Numbered from the stretch's first letter, positions 14,260 through 28,547 are shown. The stretch: 64,000 nucleotides of DNA from Eledone cirrhosa (GCA_964016885.1 OZ024741.1:285510001-285574000); one strand, 5' to 3'. Notes: generated from the letters alone by a model not told the origin. A program made the numbers and translations.

Positions 14260-14820
14260 TATGAGACATGTGAAAACTGAATAAGAACAATTATTATTCT
14301 CAACCTTAATATTGTAAGAATCACAAGCGCTTATTTCGCATAGACACCACAACTCTTTTGACACGTATAAAATAAATGATCGCTGCAACTTCACTAAACA
14401 TTTGTCATTTCAATATCAAAACCCAAAAGAGAAAATAAACAGAAACAAATCTATATCTGCATATCTGCAGAACTGCAAATTCACTATTGTTTTTCTTCTT
14501 CATGCAGAGTGCTTTGAAAAAATGTGTAATAGCTAACCATAATACCTTAGCTTGACAATATAGACAGAAACACAATTAGTAAACATAGTCTCTTTCCGGC
14601 AAGTGCTAAATTTAGCTTGCAATTTTAAAAATCTTTTCACGTTTAAAGATTTTCTTTTTTAAATCTTTCCTACTCGTGCCTTTTTAAAATCTTGTCTAAG
14701 GTGGAAATTTTCAATTTGCTTTTACAATTTATTTACCCCATTATTCCTATCGCTGAATTATTCATCTTAAACCACAACGCATGTGTACTTTCTATCCGTA
14801 CGTGGACACATATGCATCTG

Positions 14821-14852
<32 letters not shown>

Positions 14853-14903
14853 TATATATATATACATATATATATGTATAAACACACACACACACACACA
14901 CAC

Positions 14904-14982
<79 letters not shown>

Positions 14983-15663
14983 CACATATATACATATAAA
15001 TATTTATACATACATATTCACACACAGACACACACATATATATCTATATATATATATATATATTTATATCAACTTTTTCCCTTCCAGTATGATATAAATT
15101 TATCATTCAATATTTTTAATTTCGTTTAAATTTGAAATTTTTCCAAATTTTAAATACATCCAATTTTGTTTTCTATTTTTCCAATATCTGAATTATTCAT
15201 ATTAAGTTCCAACACAGGATGTCTTTTCAGAGGTTCACATATATATGTATATAGGTATGTAGTTACATATTTCGCTATAAATATATCCCATGTGACTTGA
15301 TCGCCGTAGAGAGTTATTTAAATATGCAGACACACTCAAACACAAATAAATAAACATACATATGCATGCATACATACACATATATGTACATACATACGTA
15401 CATACACATACTCATATATATATATTGTGTGAGTCTATATGTATATATATATATATTATATATATATATATATATAACATATATAATATATATTTCCATA
15501 ATGGCTCAGATTAATTGTTTGGTTTTATATACATCTTGCACGTTTCTAATAAAAGGAAATTATATGTCAATTGTATATCCTTTATCTATAATAACTATTT
15601 ACACTCTGCTTTTTTTAGAGTAGTTGAGTACTCGTTTCTTGATTGTTATCCCAGGCGTGCAAA

Positions 15664-15855
15664 CGGACGGTGGATTGGCAGTATCGGTAGAGGGTCGGAC
15701 GCCATGCTTTGACGTATAGAGTTACGGCCCTTGCCATTCTGAGTTCAAATCCCGCCGAGGTTAACTTTGCCTTTCATCCTTACAGGGTCGATAAAATAAA
15801 GTACCAGTAATGCACTGGTTAATTGCTGGCCTTGTGCCAAAAGTAGAAACAATTA
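15664..15855 (+). mobile_element. tRNA-derived SINE
   Basis: Full match to major SINE family with B box GAGTTCAAATCCC. Confidence 0.85.
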
Positions 15856-16263
15856 TGTACTTATGTATACACTAAATACACCGAGACGTTCTCAAAATAC
15901 ACACATATACACACAACGACTTCAAGCAGCCCAACACACTAACTAATCCCAGCACCTCCATTCATATATAGATATGTGTGTGTGTCTGTGTGTCCATTTC
16001 ACCTATCCTGATAAACCATTTTTTGCTCAGCCTTTTAGTCTCCTCTTTCAAGGACTAACTTTCCGATACGGTTAAACATGTTTTACCTTTCCCCATGAGC
16101 GTGAAACTAATACAACTTCGTGTAACCCTACCTCTATTTTTCCTTTTTACTATTGATCTCTCTATGTATCTCCTCTCTCTCTCTCTCGCTCTCTCCCTCC
16201 CTCACTCCCTCTATATATGTAAGTGTGTGTGTGTGTGTGTGAGTATATGTATATGTGTGTGTT

Positions 16264-16367
16264 TATCCTGGATTCAATCGGGGGTAACCATAGCAGAATA
16301 TAAATATTTAATATAGAAAGGGTTTCTACAGGACCAGAACTCTTTCATTCGGGAGAAATCATCAGGA

Positions 16368-16368
<1 letters not shown>
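16264..16368 (-). mobile_element. Family D single arm
   Basis: ctacaggaccagaactctttcattc..aaatcatcagg; diverged copy of 12273-12400. Confidence 0.7.
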
Positions 16369-16400
<32 letters not shown>

Positions 16401-16402
16401 GT

Positions 16403-16594
16403 AATAATTGTTTCTACTATTGGCACAAGACCAGCAATTACCCAGTACATTACTGGTACTTTATTTTATCGACCCCGTAAGGATGAAAGGCAAAGTTAAC
16501 CTCGACGGGATTTGAACTCAGAATGACAAGGCCCGTAACTCTATGCGTCAAAGCATGGCGTCCGACCTTCTACCGATACTGCCAGTCTACCGCC
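16403..16594 (-). mobile_element. tRNA-derived SINE
   Basis: Reverse complement of major SINE. Confidence 0.85.
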
Positions 16595-17116
16595 TTATAT
16601 ATATATATAGTAATAATAATAAACGTGAAGACTAAAATCCGAAGAGGGCTCAATAAGCATAATTAATATATCAAATATATAAAAACCATAGAGCAAATGT
16701 TCATCACCCGTTTGGCTCTCTGAATGGCTTACATAACGAAATATGAAAAATTAATCTGATTATTTTTAGTTATGCGACCAACCTTATGATTAGTGTTATC
16801 TTATCGGCTCGCTGCTCTAAAAGGGTTAACCGTACAATATAACTCATCCAATGTTCACCATAAATGTATTCTGTCAGGTGGTGATGTTATATTTCGCTTT
16901 TCCTGTATTGTGTTCTATCTGAGTATGTAATGTTATTATGAATCTATCATCACAATGTATAAATACAGCGTATTTCTCTGCATTGGTTGTTTCCATTAAT
17001 CCACGTTTGACAAACACATACACACTACCGTTCATACACACACACATATATGTATATATAGGTATATACATATGCATATATATATATGTTTAATATATAT
17101 ATATATATATATACTC

Positions 17117-17147
<31 letters not shown>

Positions 17148-17150
<3 letters not shown>

Positions 17151-17608
17151 ATAATAATAATAAATTTGAAGACTAAAATCCAAAGAGGGCTCGATAAGGA
17201 TAAATATATATCAAATATATAAGAACCGTAGAGCAAATATTTATTAAAATAACAGATTAAAGTTTAAACAAAGAATCGCTGCTTTCACCCTTAACGGGAT
17301 CTTCTGAAACTAACGAAGTCAATCTGTGAACGCAGAAGTAAATATTTCAAAAAACGTTGCAACCGGAGGAAGACAGGAAGACGATACTTTGGTTCGTGGA
17401 AACGTTCCCTGGCAAAGAACGAGAAAAACGAATATATACGTCATTATTTGGAGCGGTGAAAAACAATTACACGCAAAGACAGAACCACTGTTGCAACGTT
17501 TTTTGAAATATCCACTTCTGCGTTTACAGATTGACTTTGTTAGTTTCAGAAGATCCCGTTAAGGGTGAAAGCACCGATCCTTTGCTTAAACTTTAATCTG
17601 TTATTTTA

Positions 17609-17613
<5 letters not shown>
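17148..17613. mobile_element. Family A inverted insertion (arms ~17236-17363 / 17489-17613)
   Basis: Same sequence as 213-444 extended; (TA)n on both sides. Confidence 0.85.
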
Positions 17614-17653
<40 letters not shown>

Positions 17654-17656
17654 CTC

Positions 17657-17759
<103 letters not shown>

Positions 17760-17815
17760 TCGTATATATATATATACATATATACTCGTATATATCTATA
17801 TCTACATCTATACTC

Positions 17816-17858
<43 letters not shown>

Positions 17859-17923
17859 TATAGATATATATAGGTAAAGAGCCAGGGCCCCGACGGCAGA
17901 TATCCGGCCGTTTCTATAGATGA

Positions 17924-17996
<73 letters not shown>

Positions 17997-18062
17997 AAAG
18001 GTAAACAGAAATAACAACACAATCGGTACAGTATATATATATATATTATACATATATATATA

Positions 18063-18560
18063 TTCTAGGGCGGGTAAAATTCCCGAGATCCATGGACGAG
18101 TTCTCTCCAACGGTCTCTGTCTGTCCCTCATTATCGCTGCCATGTCCTGCGTCTCCAACAGACCAGTGTCTGTCCTTAGGGCATCAACAAACGTTAACCT
18201 TGGTCTTCCTTTTCCAGTGTGTCCATGTAGGGTCTCCCACAGGAGCACTGAGTGCAATGTCAACTCTGGATGTCGGTGAGCATGTCCAGCTAACCTCAGT
18301 CTCCTCTATGTCACTTTTGAGTTGACTTTTGGGAGGCTCCCATACAGCTCTGAGTTTTTCATCCTCAGTGTATACTGATTAATGTTCAGAGCCATCCTAA
18401 GCATTCTTGTGTAGCACCCATCCACCATCTGAGTGAGTTTCTTGGTCAGTGTCCATGTCTCAGACCCGTACAGCAGCACAGACACCACTACAGCAATGAA
18501 GAGGCGGATTTTCAGGTCTTTACGAAGGTCCGACTTCCACACCGATCTCAAGCTGTGGCA
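18063..18560 (-). mobile_element. RTE-clade LINE 3' fragment
   Basis: LKIRLF..VVSVLLYGSETWTLTK...DGCYTRMLR and VLLWE..HG....GRPRLTFVD. Confidence 0.85.
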
Positions 18561-18581
18561 TATATATATATATATATATAT

Positions 18582-18763
18582 ACGTTATTCCGGGTTGAAT
18601 CGGAGGTAACCACAGTAAGTAAGGTACTCAATACATAGCAGAGTATAACAGTTTTAATATAGATGAGATTCTACAGGACTAGAACTGTTTCATTCATCAG
18701 AAATGATTCCTGATTCCTGATGATTTCTGATGAATGAAACAGTTCTAGTCCTGTAGAATCTCA

Positions 18764-18770
<7 letters not shown>
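18582..18770. mobile_element. Family D hairpin with tail
   Basis: Arms 18658-18707 / 18722-18770; CTGATGA..GAAAC..GTC at 18717-18750. Confidence 0.85.
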
Positions 18771-18812
<42 letters not shown>

Positions 18813-18847
18813 TGTACCGATTGTGTTGTTATTTCTGTTTACCTTTT

Positions 18848-18890
<43 letters not shown>

Positions 18891-18895
<5 letters not shown>

Positions 18896-19602
18896 AGATT
18901 TGAATGGATACAGTTTAGTTGAAAGGAATTTATTGACACGTGTTTCTATAACAGTTACATAACCTAAAACAGCTATCTACAAACTTTTAGTTATGCAGAC
19001 ATTCAATATTTCAATGTTATTATTTACTGTCATTTCATCAGAATAATATTACTGAGGACCTATTTAGTTTTTATAGAGAATATTAGGAGGGAGGGGTGAA
19101 GTTGTTAGAAGAATAGTTGAAGGAGTGGTTTTTCGATAGCAGTGAGAATTCTTGGTGGCAGTGAGTAATTAGATTCCCATCTGTTGTTTTGACATTTTTT
19201 ATAGAATATATTATTGGTTATTTTTCTAAATCTATAGAAGGATTAGAGATAGTAAAGATATGCGTGGTTGGTTTTGTGTTTGCACTTAATTAACATTCAG
19301 ACTTAAATGTTTCTTTCAAGTGTACGTATCCTTTCACCCACGCATTCACACACAAATATATTTGCACACCTCTACAAAATACATATACTCACAATTCACA
19401 TATTCATACTTACATATATATACACATGCATACACATATATATACACACATGTATTCATATACATACATACGCGCTCATGTGTATACATTTTCATACTCA
19501 ACTTATCTTTATATACACACGTATAGACACACTCATATATACATACATACTCTAGTCCATGTGTACACACATACACATACTTACACATCCATATACACAT
19601 AT

Positions 19603-19650
<48 letters not shown>

Positions 19651-20446
19651 ATATATATATATACATACACATATACATACACATACATATACACACATAT
19701 ACATACATATATATATATAAGCACTTTAATACATGAATACACTTACATCTAACTATACACATCAAACATATATATATATTTACTTATTTATATACATTTT
19801 CACATATATATATACATACTTATGGACGTTTTTAGACACATTCATTATCGCATATTTGTACCTATTCTCATCAGCATATCTTTTCATTATTAGTATGGTA
19901 ATTTAAGGTTATTAATATATGTTGAGAAGAGATTGTTTTTATATTTTTCTAACTAGATTAAGGTTTATATAGTTGGGGGATATCCCTCTTTTATGTAATA
20001 TTCGGCTTGTAGTGGGAAAAATAATCACACACAAGAAGAAACTGCTGAATAACAGAATTGAACGAACATTATTCTGCCGTCACAGAACTAAAACCCTTTT
20101 TTCCCACTACAAGCCGAATATTACATAAAAGAGGGACATCCCCCAACTATATAAACCTTAATCTAGTTAGAAAAATATAAAAACAATCTCTTCTCAACAT
20201 ATATTAATAACCTTAAATTACCATACTAATAATGAAAAGATATGCTGATGAGAATAGGTACAAATATGCGATAATGAATGTGTCTAAAAACGTCCATAAG
20301 TATGTATATATATGTGAAAATGTATATAAATAAGTAAATATATATATATGTTTGATGTGTATAGTTAGATGTAAGTGTATTCATGTATTAAAGTGCTTAT
20401 ATGTATATGTATATGTATATGTGTGTATATGTATGTGTATGTATAT

Positions 20447-20478
<32 letters not shown>

Positions 20479-21290
20479 GTATGTATATATGAGTATATGG
20501 ATGTGTAAGTATGTGTATGTGTGTACACATGGACTAGAGTATGTATGTATATATGTGTGTGTCTATACGTGTGTATATAAAGATAAGTTGAGTATGAAAA
20601 CGTATACACATGAGCGCGTATGTATGTACATGAATACATGCATGTGTATATATATGTAAGTATGAATATGTGAATTGTGAGTATATGTATTTTGTAGAGG
20701 TGTGCAAATATATTTGTGTGTGAATGCGTGGGTGAAAGGATACGTACACTTGAAAGAAAAATTTAAGTCTGAATGTTAATTAAGTGCAAACACAAAACCA
20801 ACCACGCATATCTTTACTATCTCTAATCCTTCTATAGATTTAGAAAAATAACCAATAATATATTCTATAAAAAATGTCAAAACAACAGATGGGAATCTAA
20901 TTACTCACTGCCACCAAGAATTCTCACTGCTATCGAAAAACCACTCCTTCAACTATTCTTCTAACAACTTCACCCCTCCCTCCTAATATTCTCTATAAAA
21001 ACTAAATAGGTCCTCAGTAATATTATTCTGATGAAATGACAGTAAATAATAACATTGAAATATTGAATGTCTGCATAACTAAAAGTTTGTAGATAGCTGT
21101 TTTAGGTTATGTAACTGTTATAGAAACACGTGTCAATAAATTCCTTTCAACTAAACTGTATCCATTCAAATCTTTCTATTTTTCTCCGGATTACTTTTGG
21201 AACTACAACTGGAACCGTCGAGCAAACTCTACGTGAGCTGATAATCTACTGTGTGTAATATTTATATTACAACACAACGGAAAATACTGT
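18891..21290 (+). mobile_element. 5'-truncated PLE (family F) with ~1.1-kb inverted pLTR
   Basis: Arms 18891-20021 / 20098-21178, tail 21179-21290; centre encodes ..LLNNRIERTLFCRHRTKTLF.. resembling the LNKRSE..CRH C-terminus of PLE GIY-YIG ORFs. Confidence 0.85.
21023..21139 (+). ncRNA. Type I hammerhead with long stem II (family F)
   Basis: TTATT-CTGATGA-aATGACAGT...ACTGTTATa-GAAAC ACGT GTC-AATAA; mirror copy 18930-19046 minus. Confidence 0.75.
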
Positions 21291-21380
21291 ATATATATAT
21301 ATATATATATATACATTTATCTATAGAAGCGGCCGGAGCTCAGCCGTCGAGGTCCTGACTCTTTACCTATATATATATAT

Positions 21381-21578
21381 AAAACAAAGAAAATGTGGTA
21401 AGGGACCAGGAGGACCATAACGCACTACAGTACTCGATACCTAGGGTAGTAGAGTGGGTAATAGGAAAGGAGTCAGGATCCCGAAGGCTCTACCCTACTC
21501 CCTTCTACCCTAAGTATCGAGTCTTCTGGTGTGTTATGGTCCACCTGGTTTCTTACCACATTTACTTTCTTGTTATAT
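21381..21578. mobile_element. Family E diverged inverted insertion
   Basis: tgtggtaagggaccagg... inverted as ...cctggtttcttaccaca. Confidence 0.7.
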
Positions 21579-21591
21579 ATATATGGTATGT

Positions 21592-21760
21592 ATCCCGGGT
21601 TCAATCGGGGGTAACCACATTAAGTAGAGTACTCAATACTTAGCAGAGTATACATTTTTAATATAGAAATGGCTTCTACAGGACTAGATCTGTTTCATTC
21701 GAAGGAAATCATCAGGAAATCCAGCTGTCAATGGGATATGGCTGTATTTATACATTTTCT
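21592..21760 (-). mobile_element. Family D longer arm with upstream TATAAATA
   Basis: Minus: gTATAAATAcagcc...ttcCTGATGAtttccttcgaatGAAACagatctaGTC. Confidence 0.7.
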
Positions 21761-22000
21761 GGTGTTAGGGGAAGGTGATGATTGATATGGGTGGAGTTCA
21801 TTGGCTGATGGGTTCAAGAGCAACATCTTTGTCCGTTCCCTCGTCGTTTTAACTTGGATTGCCTCAATAACGTAATCTTACTATGTAAGAAGCTGTCTGA
21901 TGAGATCATGGCACTGGGTACGCGGAGTTGCGTGGCCACTGCCGTCATTGAAATCACAGCTATATCAATAAAGGACTTTAACGTTTGAAACTACTTCGCA

Positions 22001-22051
<51 letters not shown>

Positions 22052-22098
22052 TCTCTCTCTCACTCACTGTCTCTCTCTTTCTCTCTCTCTCTCACACA

Positions 22099-22129
<31 letters not shown>

Positions 22130-22206
22130 AAATAATAATAATGATAATTGAGAAGGAGGAGGAGGCTAAGGGTGATGTGGTTAATGGATATTTTCGTGAT
22201 AATATT

Positions 22207-22370
22207 AATAATTGTTTCAAATTTTGGCACAAGGCCAGCAATTATCCCAGTGCATTACTGGTGCTTTATTTTATCGACTCCGTAAGGATGAATGGCAAAG
22301 TTAACTTCGGCGAGATTTGAACTCATCCTACAAAGCATGGCGTCCGACCCTCTACTGATACTGCCAATCC
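22207..22370 (-). mobile_element. tRNA-derived SINE (internally deleted)
   Basis: Reverse complement of major SINE core. Confidence 0.8.
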
Positions 22371-23178
22371 AAATGAAACACACAAAAGACAGGAAGCAAA
22401 ATTACACAGTTATATTAGGTTCACGCTTGGAGGAAGTGAAGGACATTTCTATGTTTCGGACAGAAATCCTTCTACAAGAGGGAACAGATAGACGTATGAT
22501 TAGTGTGAGAAGTTTAGGAAAGTAAGTTACGAAAAAAAGGAAGTTGGGAAGAGAAAGATAGGTAGGAGGGGCTGGAGGGGGGCAGAGTAGAGGTTACGGG
22601 CGTGTCATGGGTTTGGTTGTGTGTGTGCCGAAGACAAAAAAATTGGTAGATGTGCGTATTGCAACGTGGCTCTCCCAGAGTCTTCTAAAGTTGATGTGTG
22701 CACACTGGTATGTGTTTGGTGTATTTTTCTGTTGTTTCAATGTATGTGAGTGTGTACGATTGTGTGTGTGTGTGTGTTTGTGTGTGTAAATGTATTATCA
22801 CGTGTGTGTTGAATGTATGTGTCTACGTACAGGTGTCTGTATGTATTTTTATTTATTGCTTCTATGTATGTATATATTATGTATATGTATATATGTAGCC
22901 ATATAACAGGGCCATTGTGTGTGTATACATATTTTTACATAAGTGTATGTATACGTGTAATTACGGCTATGTATATGTATGTGTATATGTATTTATGTAT
23001 ATGTATTTACGTATATGTATGTATGCATATGTATATATATATATATGTGTGTGTGTATACATTTATATATTATATATTAGCATATATGACTTTTTGTGTG
23101 TTATATTGTGTGATTGTGAAAAACTTTTTATGTGTATGTATATGTGTGTGTGTATATATATATATATGAAATTATCTA

Positions 23179-23251
<73 letters not shown>

Positions 23252-23488
23252 AATTTACGCGTGTATATATATATGTATATATGCGGGTTATATGTTGTCA
23301 ATGTGTATATATGTGTATGTCCATATGTTTTTTTCTATATTTATTGACACTGACTTATATATGCACATGCGTATGTATATATATATATGTGTGTATGTAT
23401 GTAGATTTTTATTTTCATGCATATGTGCATGTATGTATATCTGAATCTGTGTGTACATTTGTGTGTATTTTTTCTATTATTTTATTTC

Positions 23489-23665
23489 GATGGATTGGCA
23501 GTGTCGGTAGAGGGTTGGACGTCATGCTTTGACGCATAGAGTTACGACCCTTGCCATTCTGAGTTCAAATCCCGCCGAGGTTAACTTTGCCTTTCATCCT
23601 TACGGGGTCGATGAAATAAAGTACCAGTAATGTACTGGGTAATTGCCAAAAGTAGAAACAATTAT
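23489..23665 (+). mobile_element. tRNA-derived SINE
   Basis: Major SINE family. Confidence 0.85.
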
Positions 23666-23730
23666 TTTATTTCAGCCTCACTTTCATTTTTAATAGATTT
23701 TAATTTCAAATCTTATATCCATAACATAAC

Positions 23731-23803
23731 TATTTCATCTGATGAGCGTACTGGACGTTTCTGTTAAGATCGTCTAGTTCCTGAAACCTTTGGTAATGGA
23801 ATA
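23731..23803 (+). ncRNA. Type I hammerhead (family H)
   Basis: TATTTCAT-CTGATGA-..ACTGGACG..CGTCTAGT..-GAAAC C ttt G GTA-ATGGAATA; 8-bp stem I. Confidence 0.75.
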
Positions 23804-24701
23804 ATTATATTGTGTTGTCTATTATGTAATTAAATACCTCTGTACTTTACATAGAGTACTCTTCTTTCCTTTACCTTTTTCTCGGAAATACACAACATAT
23901 ATATATATGTATATATATATATATTATATTCATATTATTTTAACGGCTTTAGTAGTTAATAAGAGCGATACACTATTTACTTCATACATTGCCTTCTCTG
24001 CGCTGTACAAGCTGTTTTTACTAAATATCTTTTTACCATCTTCTTCATCGTTGTTTCTACTTCTTACTCCCACCATTGTTAACACATCTTTATTAATATT
24101 ATTATCATTTCAATGTTGTTTTCCATGACCAATTTTCTCTTTTGCATTCTTCTGTTCATAATCGAATCTGCATAATTTCTCCTTGTAATCTCCTTTCATC
24201 TGTTATCGTTGTAGCAATTAAAGAAACTAGTATTATGATTATTACTATTCCAATTATTCATGTGTTCGTAATGTTTCCCTTTCATTAAAATCAAAAGCAC
24301 TTCCCCAAACGACAACAAATAAACAAAACTATCAACCACATTCAACAAATCAATATAAGAAACAGCGACATCAGTAATGAAATATTTCGGGACAAGATTA
24401 TAAGGTGTGCCATAAGGAAGGCATCATGTAAATACGAGTTTTTTTTTTTCAAATCAAATAGATTTATTTACCAAACGGTGTACGTGGAATATGTATAGAA
24501 ACAGAGAATCTTTTTAATAATATATATAATATTTATAATAATGATATTTACTATAGACACAAGGCCAGCAATTTTGGGGGTGAGAAGTCCATTACTGGTG
24601 TTTTATTTATCGATCCCGTATGGATGAAAGGCAAAGTTAACCTCGGCGATATTTGAACTGAAATAATAAACGATGCGAGAGCAGTTAACGAGTAGAGACA
24701 G

Positions 24702-24770
24702 AACTGTTTGTTCGAGAACAAGCGTAAGCTGTTATTTGAACAGCTTACGTTTGTTCTCGAACAAACAGTT
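24702..24770. repeat. 32-bp-arm hairpin
   Basis: Arms 24702-24733 / 24739-24770 with one G-T; 5-nt loop. Confidence 0.9.
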
Positions 24771-25333
24771 ATTTGAACAGCTAGAAGGGAAAGAGCGAAG
24801 CAGCGATACTATCCCTGATGCTAAAAAGACAAACACATTAAGATAACGTTGATCTTGATTGTCATTTAATGTCTCCCTACGTCTGCTTTTCTTTATAAAC
24901 CTATGTACATGTCTAAATCGGCCACACGACAGAATATCCATTACGGCAATTTGCAGATGAATGATAGTTGGTACATAAGGCCGATATCAGTTAAGCAGTT
25001 CAAATATCTTGACTTCCCTATCGATCTGCTCGACGAGCAGATTGATACTGGTGGCCGGGACCATAACTTCGATGTGACCTCAAGTCAATCCTCTGCGAAA
25101 CGCGGTTAACAAGGTAATACACATTAAAAGCATAAATGCATATAAACGAAATTTCGTCGTTTTTCTTATTATATATATATATATAATGTTGCGTTCCCAC
25201 ACGACATTGTTTTTGTTTGCGCTCTGATATATAGACCTGAATTTCATAAATAGAGGCTCTGTAAAATATCATAGAGCGAGTGGAAATTCAGTGAGCTAAG
25301 ACAAATTCAATTTATCTGGGTCTGGTTCTATAA

Positions 25334-25866
<533 letters not shown>

Positions 25867-27794
25867 ATATATATATATAAATCATAATTCTGACTGAGCT
25901 CGTGTTACTAATTTTCATGCAATGAATTTTTCCATATTTGATGCAGTGGCACATGATGCTAATTAAGTAAGGTACCTATAGTTTTCTCTTGAAAGACACG
26001 AAACCATTAAGTTATGAGTGCAGGAAACTTGTAATATATGACTATTAAGGAATAATAAACAGTAATGCAAATAGTGAAATCATATCTTTGCGTTTCAATA
26101 CATGACTTTTTTTTTCACATATCTCGAAACCTTAATCAAATATATTCTTTTACTCGCCATCACATCTGTATTTTCATTGCTGTGATCACCATTCAACAAT
26201 GTTGCCGAAGGGAGTAAAATATATTATTTTGTCATGAATGTTTAATTTTGTGACGGAAGTACAAAGATTTATCAGAAATACAAACGATGTCCTGCAGACA
26301 TTTGGCCAATATAATGAAACCATTGACAGTCACTAGTATTCTTTGACTTGCATATTACCAGAACACTCGGTTTCTTAATGAGATAACACAAATGGGCTAA
26401 CTGGAAGCATTTCATTGAAGAGACTTTAACTTTCACATAATAAAGAGTTTATAATGAAATATGATAAAGCCCCAGGTGATTTAGTTGGTGCCGTATGTGG
26501 TCTATTGTTCATTTTTCTTTACATCATAATTTGATTTTGAAACGTATGTTTTCTCTTGCAAAGAAAGAAAAAATAATTGATCATTCTGGGAATTTTGGAA
26601 ATGCTAACTTTGGTTTATGTTTACCTTTTGAATTAGAAAATTAATTAGAGTTTTCGAATGTCTGAAAGGGCTGTGGATGTGATTGGAAAATAAAACATAT
26701 ACCAGTCTGCATGTATGAGACAAAGGTGCCACATTTCTGCTATAGGCTCTTCGCTATTATGTTCTACAGTAACAGAATACACCTGATGACTTATCAGGAT
26801 ATTTTCTCCGTCAATCCTATTTTATAAGTATTCCAATCACTATTGCTATCTCTATTCGCAGCATAATTTTCTATTCATACTTAAATCTTTTATTTACTGC
26901 ATTTCATTAGAAACTTTACATTATGGATTGCGTCTCAACATTGATGCAAGCGTTTTTTTTTAGTTTTTTTTTTTAAATTTCTATTTAAGTCGGTGTCAGT
27001 ACCATTACTAGTTAAGGAAACGTTGATCAATTTTAGAACTCGAGCTGATTTTCAGACTGTCTACGGCTCTGCAGTTGGGCCATTACGAAAGTAGGTATCT
27101 TGAACAATGCAATGTCAGACATAGGATTAAGTCTTCATTCTTCCGACCCGTCATTTATAAACTACACAAGATGGAAAGATTTCTTGTGATGTACCGACAA
27201 TCAAATAAAATTCACCTTACAAATTTATTAAACAAAAACCGTTTCGCTTGTATAGTTTGTTAGATATTACCATTTAGCTTATGTTTCGTTATTTTCCAGT
27301 TATCATAAGTGAATATAATAAGTATTACAAGTATGTTTACCGTGGCAATTAGAGATTACTTCACTATTTTAAAATATCTACAATGCTATAAGTAATGTCT
27401 GTCTCATATTGACATTGATAGTTAAAATTAAATTCAGAAAACTTCAGGTCTTTCTAGTTCCTTATAAGCGATGGTCATATCTCTAGCAAACTCTTGTAAC
27501 ATGAAATATGGAACGATGATATTTGCATCTTTCTCAGAATATGGAGAGATGTTAATCGTTTCTTTCTCAGAATATGGAGTGATGATATTTGTTTCTTTCT
27601 TAGTGCTTCAACCACAAACAGAAAACAGGGTGTATATTCAGTTCATCTGGATGTTACCTCTATGATAATTTTAAATGTCTGCGCTATTCGATTATGTAGT
27701 CCAGGTTTCCATTTTCTCACCTTTACTTCACATTATATTTCTCATTCTGATTAATTACAAACAGTCACTCAGGCTCACCTCACTGTAGAGTTTG

Positions 27795-28310
27795 GACACA
27801 AGGCCCGATACATAAGGGGCAATACAAAAAAACAACAACAAACAAACAATGACAGTGAGGGGTTACATAGAGCCCTCTACAATAAAAGGATAACAAAATA
27901 CGTAAGAATAATAAAATTCCCCGACAGGGAGAGTTCCACCCAGGGTTGACTTAGGAACCCCACCTACCCTAAACCTTTACAAGATCAACCTAGGAGGGCA
28001 CACCTCTCCTCTTCAAATTATCGTGCCTACAGGCTCTTCTTCAGAATAGGCCCATTAACTCAGGCCATCCTCGCTACATTCACCCACCTTTTAACAAATG
28101 TATAGCGGGAAGCACTTCCCTCTCCAACCTTACTTTTCTTTCCAAATGGAACTTGAAAAAGTAGATGAGGATTTGGCCGAAGAGGAATCTGTCTGTCTTT
28201 AGTCCTTTCAGTCTCATCCACCAGATAACCTCTTTCGATAAAGACACCAGGCAGAGAAAAACTGCCTGCCCTTCTCGGCCAAAAGAAGGCTGTGGGGAGA
28301 TCTTCTCTAT
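27795..28310 (-). mobile_element. Tx1/L1-clade LINE 3' fragment
   Basis: PSFGREGQAVFLCLV..KEVIWW.RLKGLK is homologous to the C-termini at 28800-29525 and 62846-63394. Confidence 0.8.
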
Positions 28311-28495
28311 GGATTGGTCAATAGCTGGATTCATCCTACAGGTGATAATAGCTGTTAGTGAAACTAACACGGTCCCTAAAATTCTGGTTAGTTTCACTAC
28401 AAAACAGTAGCAAAAGTTCAATAAGATAGGTTGAATAACAGTGTGAAAATGGAATAAACTTACGGAGCATTATAAGATGTGTCGAGATACGAAGC

Positions 28496-28547
<52 letters not shown>

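Noticed and set aside
21895-21960. SECIS-like hairpin on minus (AUGA..stem..CC..mini-stem..UGAU)
   Set aside because: The quartet register is off by one and helix II is short; the plus-strand HHR stem II explains the same hairpin better, and no UGA-rich ORF is adjacent.
27500-27600. Three ~33-bp tandem repeats giving SFSEYG repeats
   Set aside because: Simple minisatellite without splice or coding support.
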